A DNA stretch of 64,000 nucleotides, from NCBI GenBank assembly GCA_963667465.2, contig CAXXDN010000002.1:1376001-1440000 (forward strand), written 5' to 3'. This document shows, in pieces, positions 21,100 through 31,505 of this stretch. How positions within the stretch are numbered: the stretch's first letter is position 1; every line of letters starts with the position of its first letter. This stretch comes from Dehalococcoidia bacterium. Lineage in GTDB: Bacteria > Chloroflexota > Dehalococcoidia > UBA2979. The translations under genes were made by a program, and so were the position numbers. A model generated the notes under the pieces. That model was not told the origin of the DNA and ran no database searches. It saw only the letters and a list, made by a program, of their open reading frames with translations.

Positions 21100-21107
21100 T
21101 CAGGCTA

Positions 21108-22241
21108 GTGAGGTGCAGGTTGGGATCTTTGTGGCAATGGTGGAGTGGACTACGCCGGCGGTGGAAGGTCGCTTGGGTCATCGGCGCGCTGTTCGCCGCG
21201 CTCATAGTCCTCGGTGCCATCTCGCCTGCACCAGAGGAGGAGCAGGCACCTGACGGCGACCGGCAGGCCACAGCCACAGCGCCGACCGCGGCAACAGCGA
21301 CGCCAGCGCAAGCGCTCGCTCCGAGCGCCAGCCCGTCGCCAGCAAGCGAAGGCACACCGACGCCAACCCCCGAACCGACACCAACCGCCACACCTGAGGC
21401 GACGCCAGAAGATCCTTCGCTTGGTGATCGGGTTCAGGTCGGCAGCCTGGACCTTACCGTCCTCGGGATCGAGCGAATCGATACGACCGACTTCAACTCG
21501 TTCAACGACCAGAATCTCCGAGTCCGCGTACTCGCGACGAACGCTCGCGGGGATGAGGGTGCGGAGTACAACCTGTCGGCGTTCTGGGCCTTCAAACTCG
21601 TCGATCCGAATGGCGTCGTTCATGACGCTGGATTGAGTTGTGCTGGCTGTCCGTCGCAGATCGGAGAGGTCTACCTTCCGCCGGGTCGCAGCGTTCTCGG
21701 GTACGTATACTTTGAGTTCCTACCGGATCGTGAGCCGGTCGAACTGATCTACGAACCGCTCCTCTCCCGCAACAAGGCAAGAATCGATCTCACGCAGACA
21801 GGGAACGAGGCCGGCACGGAACCCTCGGTGCCAGCGCCGGAGCGCCTCCCCAGGCAACCGAGGGTTGGCGACGTGGTCCAGGTCGGAAGCCTCGACCTCA
21901 CTGTCCTCGATCATGGCCCGGTCGAGACCGACAGCTACAACCGATTTAGCACCGCGAACTATGCAGTGCGCGTTCTGGCGCGGAACGTCCGGGGAGACGC
22001 GGACGACGAGTACAACGTCTCCGCATTCCTCGGCTTCGAACTAGTCGACGCGGACGGGATACACCGCGACGCTGACTTCGGCTGCGCGGACTGCCCGGAG
22101 GCGATAGACGACGTCGATCTCGTCCGTGGGGGACATATCGAAGGTCTTGTGTACTTCGAAGTGCCGGATGACGTAGAGATCGTTGAGTTGCGCTATGCGC
22201 CCCTGTGGTCGATGAACGTCGCTCGGATCTGGCTGCACTAG
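21108..22241 (+). CDS. membrane-anchored protein with a Pro/Thr linker and two DUF4352-like domains
   Basis: N-terminal TM, TP-rich linker, two repeats of GD.VQVGSLDLTVL...F.LVD..G...C..CP...G.VYFE...EL.Y.P; exact start uncertain. Confidence 0.8.
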   Translation: MRCRLGSLWQWWSGLRRRWKVAWVIGALFAALIVLGAISPAPEEEQAPDGDRQATATAPTAATATPAQALAPSASPSPASEGTPTPTPEPTPTATPEATPEDPSLGDRVQVGSLDLTVLGIERIDTTDFNSFNDQNLRVRVLATNARGDEGAEYNLSAFWAFKLVDPNGVVHDAGLSCAGCPSQIGEVYLPPGRSVLGYVYFEFLPDREPVELIYEPLLSRNKARIDLTQTGNEAGTEPSVPAPERLPRQPRVGDVVQVGSLDLTVLDHGPVETDSYNRFSTANYAVRVLARNVRGDADDEYNVSAFLGFELVDADGIHRDADFGCADCPEAIDDVDLVRGGHIEGLVYFEVPDDVEIVELRYAPLWSMNVARIWLH

Positions 22242-22301
22242 ACAGCAGGAAGTGCGTTCGTCCCTTCCGGCGTCCGACACTCGCGGGGCTACGCCGCGCG
22301 C

Positions 22302-22340
22302 CCCCTCACCCCAACCCTCTCCCGCCAGGGGAGCGGGGGC
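22302..22340 (+). repeat. REP-like palindromic repeat, copy 1
   Basis: cccctcaccccaaccctctcccgccaggggagcggggg. Confidence 0.85.
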
Positions 22341-22382
22341 CGGAGGGCCGCCCCGGGCGCTACACGGCCGGGACCGCGAGGG

Positions 22383-23150
22383 TTAGCGGCCCTTCCAAAC
22401 CGGCTGGCGCTTCTCCGCGAAGGCGCGCGGGCCCTCCTTGATGTCCTCGCTGAACTTGATCGGGGCGAGGATGTGCTGGGCGATCTGCATGCCCTCCTGG
22501 CGGGTCAGGGTGACGCCGCGGTAGAGCACTTCCTTGAGGCCGCGCACGGAGAGCGGCGCGTTCTCCTCGAGGATCGCGGCGAACGCCTCGACCTCTTCGT
22601 AAAGCTTGTCGTCCGGCACCACGCGCGTCGCGAAGCCCATCTCCAATGCGCGCTGCGGCGTGATGTATTCGCCCGTCAGCACGACCTCGAGGGCGTTCCC
22701 GAGGCCAATGATGCGTGGCAGATCCACCGTCCAGGCGGGCATCAGGCCGCGCTTGACCTCGCGGATGCCGAGCGTTGCCTGGTCGGACACGAAGCGGAAG
22801 TCGGAAAGCTGCGCAAGCTGCCAGCCGCCCGCGAGGCAGTAGCCACGGATGGCGGCGATGACGGGCTTCCAGACACCGTCAGGCATGGCGTTGCCGATAG
22901 TGTGCTTCTTGCTCCAGTCCTCGCCGCTCGCGTCCACCTGGGCGCGCTCCTTGAGGTCCATGCCGGAGCAGAACGAGCGCCCCGCGCCGGTGAGCACGGC
23001 GATCCAGATGTCGTCGTTGTTCTTGACTTCCTCCCAGGCGTCGGCCAACGCCTGGTTGAGGGCGTAGCTCAGCGCGTTGTGCACCTCGGGCCGGTTCATC
23101 GTCAGCCAGGCGACGTGCCCCCTGACCTCGAACTTCAGCTCGTCCGCCAT
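22383..23150 (-). CDS. enoyl-CoA hydratase/isomerase family protein
   Basis: NRPEVHNA, FCSGMDL, KPVIAAIRG, AFAEKRQPVWKGR. Confidence 0.94.
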   Translation of the reverse strand: MADELKFEVRGHVAWLTMNRPEVHNALSYALNQALADAWEEVKNNDDIWIAVLTGAGRSFCSGMDLKERAQVDASGEDWSKKHTIGNAMPDGVWKPVIAAIRGYCLAGGWQLAQLSDFRFVSDQATLGIREVKRGLMPAWTVDLPRIIGLGNALEVVLTGEYITPQRALEMGFATRVVPDDKLYEEVEAFAAILEENAPLSVRGLKEVLYRGVTLTRQEGMQIAQHILAPIKFSEDIKEGPRAFAEKRQPVWKGR

Positions 23151-23187
23151 CTGTCCGTTCCCTTCCCGCGATTCGCTTGCCTCGCCG

Positions 23188-24300
23188 CTACGCTCCCGCG
23201 GCGGCGTGTCCCATCCGCTCGAGGGTGTCGTAGGCCTCTTCCATCAGGTCGAACACCACCTGCCGCGCGGGCTTGATCTCCTTGACGAAGCCGACGCCCT
23301 GCCCGGCGGCGACCGGGCCCGCCCAGTCCTCGAGGTCCCAGTCCTCCGCCGCCTGCAGCAGCTTGCCGCCGACGATGTCCTGCAGCGGCATCGGCAGCGG
23401 CTCGGGCGAGCCCTCAGCCTCCCACGCCTCGTAGTACTTGTTGCGGATGCCGCGGTTGCGCTTGCCGTCCATCGCGGTCGAAACCCAGGCGTCCTGGTTC
23501 TGCGCCTGCAGCAGCCGCTGCTTCTCCCACTGCTTCGTCTCCGACTCGTGCGTCGCCTGCCAGATCGTGCCCGTCCAGACGCCGACCGCCCCGAGGGCGA
23601 GCGCGGCGACGATGTGCGCGCCGGTCGTGATCCCGCCCGCCGCGACGATCGGCGTGTCGTGGGCCTCGGCCAGCGCGGTCACCTCGCGGACCAGCGAGAA
23701 GGTGCCCATCCGGCCGGTGTGGCCGGCCGAGTCCTGCCCCTGCGCGATGATCAGGTCGAGCCCCGCCTCGAGTTCGCGCGCGGCCTGCCTCGCGAGGCCG
23801 ATCAGGCCCCAGACCTTCACCCCCGCATCGTGCATCTCGTTCAGCACGAACGCGGGGCTGCCGAGGCCGGAGGCGAAGATCGGGATCTGCTCCTCCATCA
23901 TGATCTCGAGCTTGGCGCGCGTCTCGGCCAGCCCGCGCAGCCGTGTGTTGCCCCACGGCGCCGGCGTCTTGGGCTCGGGGATCTCGTTCTCCTCGATCAG
24001 CCGATCGATGAAGTCCCAGTGGCTCTGCGGGATCTGTGACTCCAGCTCCTCGCGCGTGCCTTCGACGTAGGAGGACGGGATGGTGATGTCGACGCCGAAG
24101 GGGCGGTCGCCGACGCGCTCTTTGACCCAGCGAATGTTGGTGCGCATCTCCTCGGCGGTGACGGTGCTCTGGCCGAGCATGCCGATGCCGCCCGCGTTGG
24201 AGACCGCGACCGTCACGTCGCGCGTGTGCGCGAAGGCGATGATCGGGTATTCGCAGCCGTACTCCTCGCAAAGCCGCGTCTGCAGCGGGTCTTGCGCCAT
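23188..24300 (-). CDS. nitronate monooxygenase family flavoprotein
   Basis: VSNAGGIG, RPFGVD, AQG..SAGHTG, AAGGI, GVWTGT. Confidence 0.92.
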   Translation of the reverse strand: MAQDPLQTRLCEEYGCEYPIIAFAHTRDVTVAVSNAGGIGMLGQSTVTAEEMRTNIRWVKERVGDRPFGVDITIPSSYVEGTREELESQIPQSHWDFIDRLIEENEIPEPKTPAPWGNTRLRGLAETRAKLEIMMEEQIPIFASGLGSPAFVLNEMHDAGVKVWGLIGLARQAARELEAGLDLIIAQGQDSAGHTGRMGTFSLVREVTALAEAHDTPIVAAGGITTGAHIVAALALGAVGVWTGTIWQATHESETKQWEKQRLLQAQNQDAWVSTAMDGKRNRGIRNKYYEAWEAEGSPEPLPMPLQDIVGGKLLQAAEDWDLEDWAGPVAAGQGVGFVKEIKPARQVVFDLMEEAYDTLERMGHAAAGA

Positions 24301-24415
24301 CCGTCTCACCTCCGCGCCGCCGGCGCTCCCGAGGCCGGCGCAGCCGATGATAGCGCCCCGCCTGATGCCCGCGACCCCGGCGCTTTGCCGGACTGCTGCG
24401 ATACTGTGCCGAAGG

Positions 24416-24451
24416 CCCTCACCCCAACCTCTCCTTCGGGGAGAGCGGGAG
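24416..24451 (+). repeat. REP-like palindromic repeat, copy 2
   Basis: ccctcaccccaacctctccttcggggagagcgggag. Confidence 0.75.
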
Positions 24452-24479
24452 CGGATGGGCAGGAGCAGGGGAGGCGCGC

Positions 24480-25418
24480 ATGTCCGGGCAGCAGGCCGAA
24501 CGCAGGGTGGCGCTGGTGACCGGCGCCAGCCGCGGCATCGGCAAGGCGACCGCCGTCGCCCTCGCCGAGGCCGGCTACGACGTGATCGCCGCCGCCCGCA
24601 CCCTCGAGGAGGGCGAGCCGCAGGAGCTGGCGGAAACCGTCCACGAGTCGAACGTGCAGCCCGTCCCCGGCGGCAGCCTGCGCGACACCGTCGCGCAGAT
24701 CGAGCAGACGGGACGGCGCGGGCTCCCCGTCCGCTGCGACCTGATGAGCCGCGCCGACATGGACGCGCTGATCGAGACGGCGATTGCCGAGTTCGGCGGC
24801 ATCGATGTCTTCGTCAACAACGCGCGCTACGTGGGGCCGGGCTTCAAGGACCGCTTCCTCGACACGCCCTACGAGGTCCTCGAGGACTCGATGCGCGTCA
24901 ACGCGCTCGCGCCGCTCTACCTGCTCACGATGATTGCGCCGCTGATGGTCGAGCAGGGCAGCGGGCTGATCCTGCACATCAGCTCGCTCGAGGGCGTCAT
25001 GGAGTCGGCGAAGCTGCCGACGGGGCACTGGACCGGTCGCGGCGGCCTCTCCTACGGGGTCAGCAAGGCGGCCTTCAACCGCATCGGGCCCGCGCTCGCC
25101 AAGGAGCTGCGCGAGGACGGCATCGCCGTCGTCAACGTCGAGCCGGGCGATGTGGCGGTGGAGCGCAAGGCGGTGCAGCGCGGCGACGCCTACGACCCGC
25201 GCAACCACGACTCGCCGCTGGCGGCGGCGCGCACCTGCGCGCTCATCGCATCCTCGAAGCATCCGCTGTTCTACTCGGGCCTCACGGTCTACGCGCCGGA
25301 GTTCGCGGTTGAGCGCGGCCTGATCGAGCCGGAGCAGGCGGCGCCCGGACGCCGCGAGGAGTGGGGCCAGCCGGGCCGCCTCCTGCCCTTCTACAGCAAC
25401 ATGGCCCACGAGCGCTGA
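24480..25418 (+). CDS. short-chain dehydrogenase/reductase
   Basis: TGASRGIG, VNNA, YGVSK. Confidence 0.93.
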   Translation: MSGQQAERRVALVTGASRGIGKATAVALAEAGYDVIAAARTLEEGEPQELAETVHESNVQPVPGGSLRDTVAQIEQTGRRGLPVRCDLMSRADMDALIETAIAEFGGIDVFVNNARYVGPGFKDRFLDTPYEVLEDSMRVNALAPLYLLTMIAPLMVEQGSGLILHISSLEGVMESAKLPTGHWTGRGGLSYGVSKAAFNRIGPALAKELREDGIAVVNVEPGDVAVERKAVQRGDAYDPRNHDSPLAAARTCALIASSKHPLFYSGLTVYAPEFAVERGLIEPEQAAPGRREEWGQPGRLLPFYSNMAHER

Positions 25419-25466
25419 GGCCCGCGCCGACACTCCAAGACCGGCTGCCGCCTGTATCCTCTGCCC

Positions 25467-25976
25467 ATGACCGCCGCGCCGACCGACGCCGCATCCGAGG
25501 CCAGGCTGGACGAGCGCCTGACCCGCCTCGCCGCGGCGCGCGAGGCGTTGCTCGGCGCTCTGCGGGACCTCGATCAGCCGCACTTCGTACGCCGGCCGCC
25601 GGACCCAGCCGCCGAGGGCGACCGGCGCTGGTCGATCCGCGAGGTGCTGTGGCACGTCGCCGACTCCGATCGCTGCTGGCGTGGGTGGATCGAGGCGGCG
25701 CTGCGCGGCGAGGCCGTGACGCGCTTCCGCGGCGTCCGCCGCCCCGCTCACCTCAACACCCTGCCGCAGCTGACGGAGAGCCTCGAGGAGCAGCGCGCCA
25801 CCACGCTCGCGCTCCTCGGTGGCCTCGGCGCGGACCCGGACGTGACGACGCGCCACCCGACGCCGTCCCACGCGCGCTCGATCCTCGAGGTGCTGGACCA
25901 CCTCGCCAACCACGACCGCGATCACGCCGAGCAGATCGCGGCGCTCGCCGCGCTGCCGCCCGGGGAGGAACGCTGA
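25467..25976 (+). CDS. DinB family protein
   Basis: WSIREVLWHVAD...HDRDHAEQI; TATCCT lies 6 nt before the ATG. Confidence 0.88.
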   Translation: MTAAPTDAASEARLDERLTRLAAAREALLGALRDLDQPHFVRRPPDPAAEGDRRWSIREVLWHVADSDRCWRGWIEAALRGEAVTRFRGVRRPAHLNTLPQLTESLEEQRATTLALLGGLGADPDVTTRHPTPSHARSILEVLDHLANHDRDHAEQIAALAALPPGEER

Positions 25977-26464
25977 TGGGAACGCGATTGCGCCGCGAGG
26001 GCACGCTGCCATGGCTGCCCGGCTTCCGCTACGGCGCGCTGCTGCCGCCGCTCGCCCTCAACCTGCTGGTCAGCGACACCGAGCGCGCCGCTGCCTTCTA
26101 CCGCGACGTCCTCGATGCCGAGGTGCACTACCGCGACATCGATTTCGCCGCCGTCCGCGTCGGCCCCGCCGAGGTGATGCTGCACGCCGACCACACCCAC
26201 GACGAGCACCCCTGGAGCACCGACCTCGCCGAGGGCGCGACGCGCGGCGTCGGCGCGCAGCTGCGGCTGCTCGGTATCGACCCCGACGCCGTCGAGGCGC
26301 GCGCCCGCGAGCATGGCGCGCAGCTCGTCGCCGCGGCGACGGACAAGGGCCACGGCTGGCGCGAGACGCTGGTGCGCGACCCGGACGGCTATGAGTGGGC
26401 CGTCGGCGTACTGATCGAGCCCGCGAAGGGGCCCTTCGGCCCTCACGAGGTGAGCGCACCGTGA
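25976..26464 (+). CDS. VOC/glyoxalase family protein
   Basis: AFYRDVL, HGWRE..VRDPDGYEW; TGATG coupling to the previous gene. Confidence 0.88.
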   Translation: MGTRLRREGTLPWLPGFRYGALLPPLALNLLVSDTERAAAFYRDVLDAEVHYRDIDFAAVRVGPAEVMLHADHTHDEHPWSTDLAEGATRGVGAQLRLLGIDPDAVEARAREHGAQLVAAATDKGHGWRETLVRDPDGYEWAVGVLIEPAKGPFGPHEVSAP

Positions 26465-27273
26465 GCGCCGACCAGGCCGCGACCTACCCCTCGCTGGCCG
26501 GGAAGCGCGCCGTCGTCATCGGCGGCTCGCGCGGCATCGGCCGCGCGATCTCGCTGCGCCTCGCTGCCGAGGGCTGCCACGTGCTCGTCAACTACGCGCG
26601 CAGCGCCGAGGCCGCCGAGCAGACCGCCGCCGCGTGCCGCGCCCGAGGCGTCGGGGCAGAGGCGGTGCGCGCCGACGCCGGGGACCGCGACGACATGGCC
26701 GCGCTGTTCGCACGCGTCGCGGAGTGGGGCGGCGTCGACCTGCTGGTGAATAACGCCGCGCGCGGCCTCGAGCGTCCGAGGCCGGCGATCTCCCAGCGCC
26801 CGGGCCACCTGCACTCGACGATGGACGTGAACCTGTTCGGCCCCTGGCAGGCCGCGCAGGCCGCCGTGCCGCTGATGGAGGAGCGCGGCGGCGGCAGCAT
26901 CGTCAACCTGCTCTCGCCGGGGGCCTGGCAGTACATGCCGGACTACTCGGCAGTGGCCGTGAGCAAGGCGGCGCTCGCCTCGCTGACGCGCTACCTCGCC
27001 GTCGAGCTTGCCCCGCGCGGGATCCGCGTCAACGCCGTCTCCGCCGGCTGGGTCGAGGCCTCCGAGGGCGAGCACTCCTACCGCAGCGGCGTCTCCGACG
27101 CCGTGCGCCCGCACGTCCCGGCCGGCCGCAACGTTGCCCCCGAGGACGTCGCCGCCGCCGTCGCCTGGGTCTGCTCCGGCGAGGCGCCGATGCTCGTCGG
27201 CCAGACGGTCCACCTCGACGGCGGCTTCGGCCTCTCCGCCTGGAACGCTATCCTCGACCCCGACTCGCGATGA
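26461..27273 (+). CDS. SDR, FabL-like enoyl reductase
   Basis: GGSRGIG, VNNAA, YSAVAVSKAAL..LTRYLAVEL. Confidence 0.88.
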   Translation: MSADQAATYPSLAGKRAVVIGGSRGIGRAISLRLAAEGCHVLVNYARSAEAAEQTAAACRARGVGAEAVRADAGDRDDMAALFARVAEWGGVDLLVNNAARGLERPRPAISQRPGHLHSTMDVNLFGPWQAAQAAVPLMEERGGGSIVNLLSPGAWQYMPDYSAVAVSKAALASLTRYLAVELAPRGIRVNAVSAGWVEASEGEHSYRSGVSDAVRPHVPAGRNVAPEDVAAAVAWVCSGEAPMLVGQTVHLDGGFGLSAWNAILDPDSR

Positions 27274-28124
27274 CCGCCCCCGGCCGTGAACTCGAAGGCC
27301 GCGTCGCCGTTGTGACCGGGGCGAGCCGGGGGATCGGGCTCGCGATCGCCCGGCGCTTCGCGGCGGCGGGGGCGCACGTCGCCGTCGTCGCGAGGAGCCT
27401 CGACACATCCTCGACGTTCCCGGGGACGCTCGCGGAGACGGTGCGGCTGATCGAGGACGCAGGCGGGAGCGCCTTCCCGGTCCGGGCGGACATCACGCAG
27501 GCCGCCGACCGCGCCCGGCTGATCGAGGCGGTGCAGGCCGAGCTGGGACCGATCGACGTGCTGGTGAACAACGCGGGGACGGCCTCGTACTCACCGGCCG
27601 CCGACGTCTCCCCCGAGGACTACGACTACACGGTGGCCCAGTACTTCCGTGCGCCGTTCGAGCTCTCCCAGCGGGTCATCCCGGGGATGCGCGAGCTTGG
27701 CGGCGGCTGGATCGTCAACATCGGCTCGGTCACGGCGCGCCACCCCGAGGGACCGCCCTACAACGAGTCGGCCCGCACCCTCGGCCTCGTGCTCTACGCC
27801 TCGCTGAAGGCGGCGCTGCACCGCTTTGGCAGCGGCCTCGCGGCCGAGCTGCACGAGGACGGCATCGCCGTCAACTCGCTCGCCCCCACGCGAGCCGTGC
27901 GCACGCCCAGCGTCGAGGCGGCCGGGGTGCTCTCCCCCGATCGGCCGGAGATCATCGAGCCTGTCGAGTTCATGGCGGAGGCCGCGCTGGCGCTCTGCGC
28001 CGGCGACCCGCGGACGCTCACCGGGCGCGTGGCGTACAGCAGCCCGCTGCTCCTCGAGCTGGGCCGCGCCGTTCGCACCCTCGACGGTCGCGAGGTGTAC
28101 TCGATCCAGCCTGTGGCGCAGTAG
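27270..28124 (+). CDS. short-chain dehydrogenase/reductase
   Basis: TGASRGIG, NNAG, YASLK. Confidence 0.92.
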   Translation: MTAPGRELEGRVAVVTGASRGIGLAIARRFAAAGAHVAVVARSLDTSSTFPGTLAETVRLIEDAGGSAFPVRADITQAADRARLIEAVQAELGPIDVLVNNAGTASYSPAADVSPEDYDYTVAQYFRAPFELSQRVIPGMRELGGGWIVNIGSVTARHPEGPPYNESARTLGLVLYASLKAALHRFGSGLAAELHEDGIAVNSLAPTRAVRTPSVEAAGVLSPDRPEIIEPVEFMAEAALALCAGDPRTLTGRVAYSSPLLLELGRAVRTLDGREVYSIQPVAQ

Positions 28125-28154
28125 GAGTCGCGCCGGCGAGAGCGGCGCGGCGGG

Positions 28155-28613
28155 TCAGACCGCGTGGGCCGCGCCGGCGTCCGCGAGCGCCCGCTCGACC
28201 GCGGCCTCCTGCCGCGATCCGAGCAGTCGCGCACCCTCGCCGTCGACGAGCACGATCGTCCCGCGACCGACAGCCTGGTGCTCCTCGATCTGCACCGAGT
28301 CGAAGCGCGTATCGACGATGAAGCCCGTCGGCGCAGTGTGCATCAGATCCTCGAGCGACTCGGTCAGCACGGAGACCGTCGCGATGCCGTCGAGGTGCCT
28401 GAGCGACCCGACCAGCTCCGCGGGCTCCTGGTCGAGGTGCAGGCCAACGGAGAGCAGCAGATCCTCGACGTCGGGATCGCCGCCGGGCATCGAGGGCGCG
28501 TCGCCGACCTTGAGCTCCTGCGGGTGCGAGGCGTTGAGCGCCGCGCCGATGCGCACGGCGTCGTCGGGACGCAGGGTCCAGCAGAAGCGAATGTTGGTGT
28601 CTTCCCCCGCCAT
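28155..28613 (-). CDS. hypothetical protein
   Basis: Protein-like composition; TAGGCT -10 box 6 nt before the ATG. Confidence 0.7.
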   Translation of the reverse strand: MAGEDTNIRFCWTLRPDDAVRIGAALNASHPQELKVGDAPSMPGGDPDVEDLLLSVGLHLDQEPAELVGSLRHLDGIATVSVLTESLEDLMHTAPTGFIVDTRFDSVQIEEHQAVGRGTIVLVDGEGARLLGSRQEAAVERALADAGAAHAV

Positions 28614-28733
28614 GCGAGGAGCCTAGCACGTATAGCGATAGCCCCGCCGGGCTCGCTGCGAGGCCTGGCTCCGCCAGGTCGCTCCCAGGCTGAGGTGGGG
28701 TGGGAGATTCAGGGCGCCGCAGCCTCCTCCGAT

Positions 28734-28770
28734 CCCCTCACCCCGCCCTCTCCCGCAAGGGGCGAGGGGG
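28734..28770 (+). repeat. REP-like palindromic repeat, copy 3
   Basis: cccctcaccccgccctctcccgcaaggggcgaggggg. Confidence 0.85.
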
Positions 28771-28839
28771 CCGGACCGCTCTCGAAACGGGAGTTTCGCG
28801 AGGTTCCCCGAGGGAGCGGGAACAGGCGGCCGGCCGCGG

Positions 28840-30513
28840 CTACCCCGTGATCGCGCCCTCCGCGGCGCTCGAGACGGAGCGCGCGTACTTCGCGAACACG
28901 CCGCGCTCCCAGCGCGGCGGGGGCGGCGTCCACTCCTCGAGGCGGCGCTCCACCTCCGCCGCGTCCACCTCGAGGTCGAGCGTGCGACCGTCGATGTCGA
29001 AGGCGATCGTGTCGCCCTCGCGGACGGCGGCGATCGGGCCGCCCGCGGCGGCCTCGGGCGCGACGTGGCCGGCCATCAGCCCGCGCGTCGCGCCGCTGAA
29101 GCGCCCGTCCGTGAGCAGCGCCACCGTCTCGCCGAGGCCCGCGCCGACCAGCGCCGCGGTCACGCCCAGCATCTCGCGCATGCCCGGTCCGCCGACCGGG
29201 CCCTCGTTGCGGATCACCAGCACGTCGCCCTCGTTGATCGAGCCGGCGAGCACGGCCGCGAGGGCGTCCTCCTCCTGCTCGAAGACGCGCGCCGGGCCGC
29301 GGTGCTGCGTCCGCTCGTAGCCCGCGACCTTCACCACGCAGCCGTCGGGCGCGAGGCTGCCATGCAGGATCACGAGGCCGCCCGTCTCCTTCAGCGGGTC
29401 GTCGAGCGAGCGCACGACGTCCTGGCCCGGCGTCTCGACGGCGTCCGCGGCCTCCTCGGCCAGCGTCCGGCCGGTGACCGTCATGACGCCGCCGTGGACC
29501 TTGCCGCCCTCAACGAGGCGCTGGGCGACGAGCTGGATGCCGCCCGCGCGGTCGAGGTCGAGCGCGACGTAGCGCCCGCCCGGCCGCAGGTCGCCGATCA
29601 GCGGCGTCTGCTCGCTGATCTCGTCGAAGTCGTCGATCTCGAGCGGGATGCCTGCCTCGCGCGCGAGCGCGAGCAGGTGCAGCACCACGTTCGTCGAGCC
29701 GCCCGTGGCGGCGGCGCAGGCGATGCCGTTCTCGATCGCCTCGCGCGTGAGGATCTCGCTCGGCTTCAGCCCACGCTGCAGCACGTCCATCACCAGCTGC
29801 CCGGCCTCGAAGCCGACGCGGTCCTTGCGCGGGTCGGTGGCGCCGACCGAGCCACTGCCCATCGGCGCGATGCCGAGGAACTCGAGCACCATCGCCATGG
29901 TGTTGGCGGTGTACTGCGCGCCGCAGGCGCCCGCGCCGGGGCAGGCGGCGTCCTCGATCGCCGTCAGTTGCTCGTCGGTGATCGTGCCGGCGGCGTGCTG
30001 GCCGACGCCCTCGAAGACGTCCTGGATCGTCAGGTCGCGCCCGTCGAGCACGCCCGGGTCGATCGATCCGCTGTAGAGCGCGAGGCTCGGGATGTCGAGG
30101 CGCGCGAGGGCGAGCGTGGCCGCGGGGATCGTCTTGTCGCAGCCGACGAGGACGACCGCCGCGTCGAAGCCGTAGCCGATGCCGCACAGCTCAATCGAGT
30201 CGGCGATCAGCTCGCGGCTGATCAGCGAGGCCTTCATGCCCTGCGTGCCCATCGAGATGCCGTCGCTGATCGAGACGGTGTTGACCTCCATCGGCGTGCC
30301 GCCGGCGGCGCGCACGCCGGCCATGACGTGCTGCGCCAACTCGCGCTGGCTGAAGTTGCAGGGCATCGTGCCGATCCAGCTGTGCGCGACCATCACCAGC
30401 GGGCGCTGCAGGTCCTCGCTGGAGAGTCCGACTGACTTGAGGTACGAGCGCGCGGGCGCGCGGTCCGGCCCGTCGACGACCGTACGGCTGCGGTGCCGGG
30501 GGTCAAACGTCAT
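28840..30513 (-). CDS. ilvD: dihydroxy-acid dehydratase
   Basis: [27 protein letters not shown]; GGAGG RBS before MTFDPRHRS. Confidence 0.97.
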   Translation of the reverse strand: MTFDPRHRSRTVVDGPDRAPARSYLKSVGLSSEDLQRPLVMVAHSWIGTMPCNFSQRELAQHVMAGVRAAGGTPMEVNTVSISDGISMGTQGMKASLISRELIADSIELCGIGYGFDAAVVLVGCDKTIPAATLALARLDIPSLALYSGSIDPGVLDGRDLTIQDVFEGVGQHAAGTITDEQLTAIEDAACPGAGACGAQYTANTMAMVLEFLGIAPMGSGSVGATDPRKDRVGFEAGQLVMDVLQRGLKPSEILTREAIENGIACAAATGGSTNVVLHLLALAREAGIPLEIDDFDEISEQTPLIGDLRPGGRYVALDLDRAGGIQLVAQRLVEGGKVHGGVMTVTGRTLAEEAADAVETPGQDVVRSLDDPLKETGGLVILHGSLAPDGCVVKVAGYERTQHRGPARVFEQEEDALAAVLAGSINEGDVLVIRNEGPVGGPGMREMLGVTAALVGAGLGETVALLTDGRFSGATRGLMAGHVAPEAAAGGPIAAVREGDTIAFDIDGRTLDLEVDAAEVERRLEEWTPPPPRWERGVFAKYARSVSSAAEGAITG

Positions 30514-30578
30514 CTCCCACCTCCGTGGACTGCGTGCCGGGCATCCACCCCAAGAATCGCGCGACTGCGCCGTGGCTG

Positions 30579-31121
30579 CTAGGGGAAGTCCTCGTCCTCG
30601 CCCTCGACCGGTATTTCCTCCTCGTCCGAGTGGCCGTTGGCGCCGGGGCAGAAGTGCGTCCCGTCGCCCTCGAGCGGCCGCCCGCAGAGCGGGCAGCGCG
30701 GGCGTCCCGCGGCGACGACCGAGCCGATGCGAGCGACGAGCGAGCGCGCTGCGTCGCGGCCGATCTCCATGCGGAAGGCGGGGGTCGCGCCCTGCGTCAG
30801 CGCCTCCTGGTCGTCGGCGAGCAGGCGCACGCGCCCGCCGCCATCCTCGCTGTAGTCGAGGCCAAGCCGCGCCACCTGCAACTCGATGTCGGGGTCGCCG
30901 AACTCGCCCATGCCGGGCGGTGCGGGAAGCGGATCTTCGCGCCGTGGGGCGCGGTCGGCGAGCAGCCGCGAGATCGCGCGGCCGAGGACGGTGAGCTGCT
31001 CCTTCTCCATCCAGAGCGCGGCGCGCATCGCGCCGGAGCGGGCGCGTAGGCGGAAGGTGCGCTGGCCCGGCTCGCCGATCGCCTCGGCGTCCACCACGTC
31101 CACGAGGCCAAAGTCGATCAT
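30579..31121 (-). CDS. DUF3090 family protein
   Basis: [33 protein letters not shown]....HFCP..NGH. Confidence 0.88.
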   Translation of the reverse strand: MIDFGLVDVVDAEAIGEPGQRTFRLRARSGAMRAALWMEKEQLTVLGRAISRLLADRAPRREDPLPAPPGMGEFGDPDIELQVARLGLDYSEDGGGRVRLLADDQEALTQGATPAFRMEIGRDAARSLVARIGSVVAAGRPRCPLCGRPLEGDGTHFCPGANGHSDEEEIPVEGEDEDFP

Positions 31122-31505
31122 CGCGCGCGCGGCCTCGCTCGTTCGTCACGTCTCGCGGTGTCGGTCGCTGGAGCGTAGGCAGCGCGCGATCGGCGGTCAA
31201 CCGCGCTCGCGTCCGCCATGTACCCCTGGTGGCGCGATCGGCCAGTCCGCCCTGCGGATCGACGCGCTGATCTGATCGAACAGGACATCGACAGCGGGTG
31301 AGCTCGTGACGCGTTCGACCTCCGTGCCCGTCGAAGGATCGATGGCGAGTATTGAGCCCGTGTCCGCGTCGATCAGCGTGCCCCCCCGCCCACGACGAGC
31401 TGAGTGGATACGCATACCGCCTCTTGTATGACCCGCGTGTCCCGGCGAGGCGCCCGCACCGCTCTCGCGCAGCCCGCAACCCGCGCCTCGCCTACCATGG
31501 AGGCC

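Noticed and set aside
31197-31415. Minus-strand fragment [15 protein letters not shown]...[11 protein letters not shown]
   Set aside because: Possibly a gene remnant, but there is no RBS or family motif. Too weak to call.
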